This document shows, piece by piece, positions 15,611 through 17,537 of a stretch of DNA of 17,537 nucleotides; within the stretch, counting starts at the first letter, position 1; every line of letters starts with the position of its first letter. The DNA comes from an uncultured bacterium (GTDB lineage: Bacteria; BMS3Abin14): NCBI GenBank assembly GCA_965603295.1, contig CBFDCL010000043.1, forward strand, positions 1 to 17,537. The letters run 5' to 3'. A program made the translations under genes and the position numbers. The notes beneath the pieces were generated by a model, which was not told where the DNA came from, made no database searches, and worked only from the letters and a program-made list of their open reading frames with translations.

Positions 15611-17136
15611 TGATCCAGCATCAACTCTTTCAACTGCTGGGCCGCCGGAGGACCTTGCGAGCCGGCTTCGTAGATGTGCAGGAGGCGGTCTTTCCCGGCA
15701 CACGTCTCGCACTGGCGTAAAACGGGGTCGATGAACGCCCAGGCGAGATCGATGCCCTCCCTGTGCCAGAAAAGCATCTGGTCGCCGTTCATGCAGTCGA
15801 GAAGGGCCTTCTCATAGGCGGTAAGGGCGGGGCCGGTGTATCCACTTTGAAAATCCCAGTTCATTTCCACCGTTTCTAAACACATCCTTGCCCCAGGGCT
15901 TTTGGTCTGAAAGGAAAGGGTGATGTGTTCCCCAGGCTGGATGCCGATGGTCAGCACATTGGCGGAGATGCGTTCTCCCAGTTCATCCCCGAACATCGTT
16001 ACGGGCACCTCCTTGAACCTGATGGCGATCCGGGTGAGTTTGTTCCCGAGACGTTTTCCGCTGGTCAGAAAGAACGGGACTCCCTTCCACCTCCAGTTGT
16101 CGATGAAGATCCGCATCATGCCGAAGGTGGGGGTCATGGATGAGGGGGAGACCCCCTCTTCTTCCCTGTAGCCCCGAACCGGCTCCCTGTCCACGATGCC
16201 CGGACCATATTGGCCCAGGACCAGGTTTTCGAAAAGGTTGTCCACCGGGAACGGGCGAACGGACTGGAACAGCTTGATCTTCTCATCGTGCACGGCATCC
16301 GATTCGAACCGGTTGGGGGGTTCCATTGCCGTCAGGGCGAGGAGTTGGAGCATGTGGTTCTGAAACATGTCCCGGAGCACGCCCGATTGTTCGTAATAGC
16401 CGGCCCGTTTTTCAATCCCGAGGGTCTCTACAGCGGTGATATCCACATGCTGAATGAAGTTGCGGTTCCAGAGGGGCTCGAAAATGGCGTTGGCGAACCT
16501 CAGGGTCAGGATGTTCTGAACCGTTTCCTTTGCCAGGTAATGATCGATGCGGAATATCTGTTTTTCGTCGAAGCTGAGGTGGACCACCCGTTCGAGATCG
16601 GCCGCTGACTGACGGTCGCTCCCGTAAGGCTTCTCGATGATGAGACGCGTCCACCCGTTGCCGCCAGTGTTCGAGGCGGCAAGCCCGCTGTCCCCCAGCA
16701 GTTCGGCTGTCGTTCCGTACAGGAACATAGGGAGGGCAAGGTAGAAGATGCGGTTGCCGCCGGTTCCAGCTTCGGAGTCTAGATTTCGCAGGTAATCGGC
16801 AAGAGAGCGGAAAGAATCCCCGGAATCGTAAACAAGGGTAACGTAATGAAAGTACTCCTTAAACTCTTCCCATCGAGACGTGTCCTGAACCTCCGCGGGA
16901 GGGGCCACTTTGCTGTGAAATTCCTCATCGGACAGGGAAGTGCGGCCGCATCCGACGATCCGGAACGGATCGGGAAGCCCCCCCTTTCGGAACAGGTTGT
17001 AAAGGGCGGGGATCAGTTTCCGGGAGGTCAGATCCCCCGAGGCGCCCAGAATGACGATGGTGCAGGGATCCGGCGGGGCATCCAGAAGGCACCTTTCGGG
17101 AAGATCTTCGACCTGATCATTGGTACCGTTGCTCAT
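15601..17136 (-). CDS. zwf: glucose-6-phosphate 1-dehydrogenase
   Basis: The N-terminal dinucleotide fold is ILGASGDLTSRKLIPALYNL. The active-site motif RIDHYLAKE is present. The length is 511 aa. Confidence 0.9.
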   Translation of the reverse strand: MSNGTNDQVEDLPERCLLDAPPDPCTIVILGASGDLTSRKLIPALYNLFRKGGLPDPFRIVGCGRTSLSDEEFHSKVAPPAEVQDTSRWEEFKEYFHYVTLVYDSGDSFRSLADYLRNLDSEAGTGGNRIFYLALPMFLYGTTAELLGDSGLAASNTGGNGWTRLIIEKPYGSDRQSAADLERVVHLSFDEKQIFRIDHYLAKETVQNILTLRFANAIFEPLWNRNFIQHVDITAVETLGIEKRAGYYEQSGVLRDMFQNHMLQLLALTAMEPPNRFESDAVHDEKIKLFQSVRPFPVDNLFENLVLGQYGPGIVDREPVRGYREEEGVSPSSMTPTFGMMRIFIDNWRWKGVPFFLTSGKRLGNKLTRIAIRFKEVPVTMFGDELGERISANVLTIGIQPGEHITLSFQTKSPGARMCLETVEMNWDFQSGYTGPALTAYEKALLDCMNGDQMLFWHREGIDLAWAFIDPVLRQCETCAGKDRLLHIYEAGSQGPPAAQQLKELMLDQCV

Positions 17137-17170
17137 TCAAGGTCCTTTTTTTCTCAGAGTACAAACAGTA

Positions 17171-17198
17171 ATTTCACATTTCAAATTTCAAAATAACC
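17171..17198. repeat. heptamer tandem array ATTTCAA x3-4
   Basis: Direct reading gives atttcac atttcaa atttcaa aataacc. Confidence 0.8.
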
Positions 17199-17206
17199 AT
17201 TGGTGA

Positions 17207-17270
17207 TGAGTGATTCGTTTATTCCAGTCACCAATCACAAGTCACAAGCTTTTCACGTTTAACGTTAAAC
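17207..17270. repeat. right copy (inverted) of the ~64-bp repeat; contains TCACAAG x3
   Basis: This is the reverse-complement match to 14552-14616. It lies in the gnd-zwf spacer. Confidence 0.85.
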
Positions 17271-17290
17271 ATTAAACGTTAAACCAATAA
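17256..17290. repeat. heptamer tandem array CGTTAAA x5
   Basis: Direct reading gives cgtttaa cgttaaa cattaaa cgttaaa ccaataa. It contains GTTAAC palindromes. Confidence 0.85.
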
Positions 17291-17336
17291 ATGATCGCCC
17301 CGTCGTTCTGTCGCCAAGTCGCCCGGTCGGTTTCTG

Positions 17337-17537
17337 TTACTCCTTCTTTTGCACCGCGTGTCCTCCGAAAGCCCTCCGGAGGGATGCCAGTACCCGGTTG
17401 GAAAAGGAGCTATGCTGGCGTGAACGGAAGCGGGCGAAGAGGGAGGCGGTAATGACCGGCGCAGGAACGGCGGTGTCGATTGCCTGCTGAACCATCCAAC
17501 GTCCCTCCCCGGAGTCATCCACGTAACCGGTAATATC
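17337..17537 (-). CDS. gnd: 6-phosphogluconate dehydrogenase (decarboxylating-like), C-terminal fragment; gene continues beyond window end
   Basis: The C-terminal sequence SGEGRWMVQQAIDTAVPAPVITASLFARFRSRQ...LRRAFGGHAV matches 6PGDH family C-termini. The TAA stop is at 17337-17339. The gene lies upstream of zwf on the same strand. Confidence 0.7.
   Translation of the reverse strand, partial: DITGYVDDSGEGRWMVQQAIDTAVPAPVITASLFARFRSRQHSSFSNRVLASLRRAFGGHAVQKKE

Noticed and set aside
14552-17270. Composite transposon or IS element delimited by the 64-bp inverted repeats
   Set aside because: I find no transposase, integrase or target-site duplication. The repeats are built from the same heptamer units seen in other spacers. 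The enclosed zwf is functionally linked to the adjacent gnd. I keep it as a repeat/inversion hypothesis only.
1-17537. tRNA, rRNA, integrase, phage or plasmid hallmark genes
   Set aside because: None are recognisable in any frame. AT-rich spacers show no cloverleaf-compatible sequence.

Overview
This is a GC-rich (~60%) bacterial chromosomal segment whose AT-rich intergenic spacers stand out sharply. On the minus strand, 24-7299 holds a compact housekeeping operon: glmU, glmS, a ClC chloride-channel/antiporter gene with two CBS domains, and a UvrD/PcrA helicase gene. A 540-bp AT-rich divergent spacer separates this from a 6.6-kb plus-strand operon at 7840-14422 with seven tightly coupled genes. 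Two are small coiled-coil hypotheticals. The third is a YdjI-type SPFH (Band_7_1) protein fused to three tandem zinc ribbons. The fourth is a 438-aa protein with two zinc ribbons and no family I recognise. The last three are a long-form NfeD membrane protease carrying a K/E/D-rich insertion, its stomatin-like SPFH partner, and a YqhA-like membrane protein. This SPFH/NfeD/zinc-ribbon membrane module is the best candidate for an undescribed system. Downstream lie a pyrimidine-dimer-glycosylase-like gene at 14661-15452, then zwf (glucose-6-phosphate dehydrogenase), and a partial gnd (the 3' end of 6-phosphogluconate dehydrogenase) on the minus strand. Every intergenic spacer is a mosaic of short 7-bp tandem arrays, each 3-5 copies with a different unit sequence. 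Some of these arrays assemble into a 64-bp inverted-repeat pair that brackets the 2.7-kb segment carrying the glycosylase-like gene and zwf. I did not see tRNA, rRNA, CRISPR arrays, transposases or integrases.
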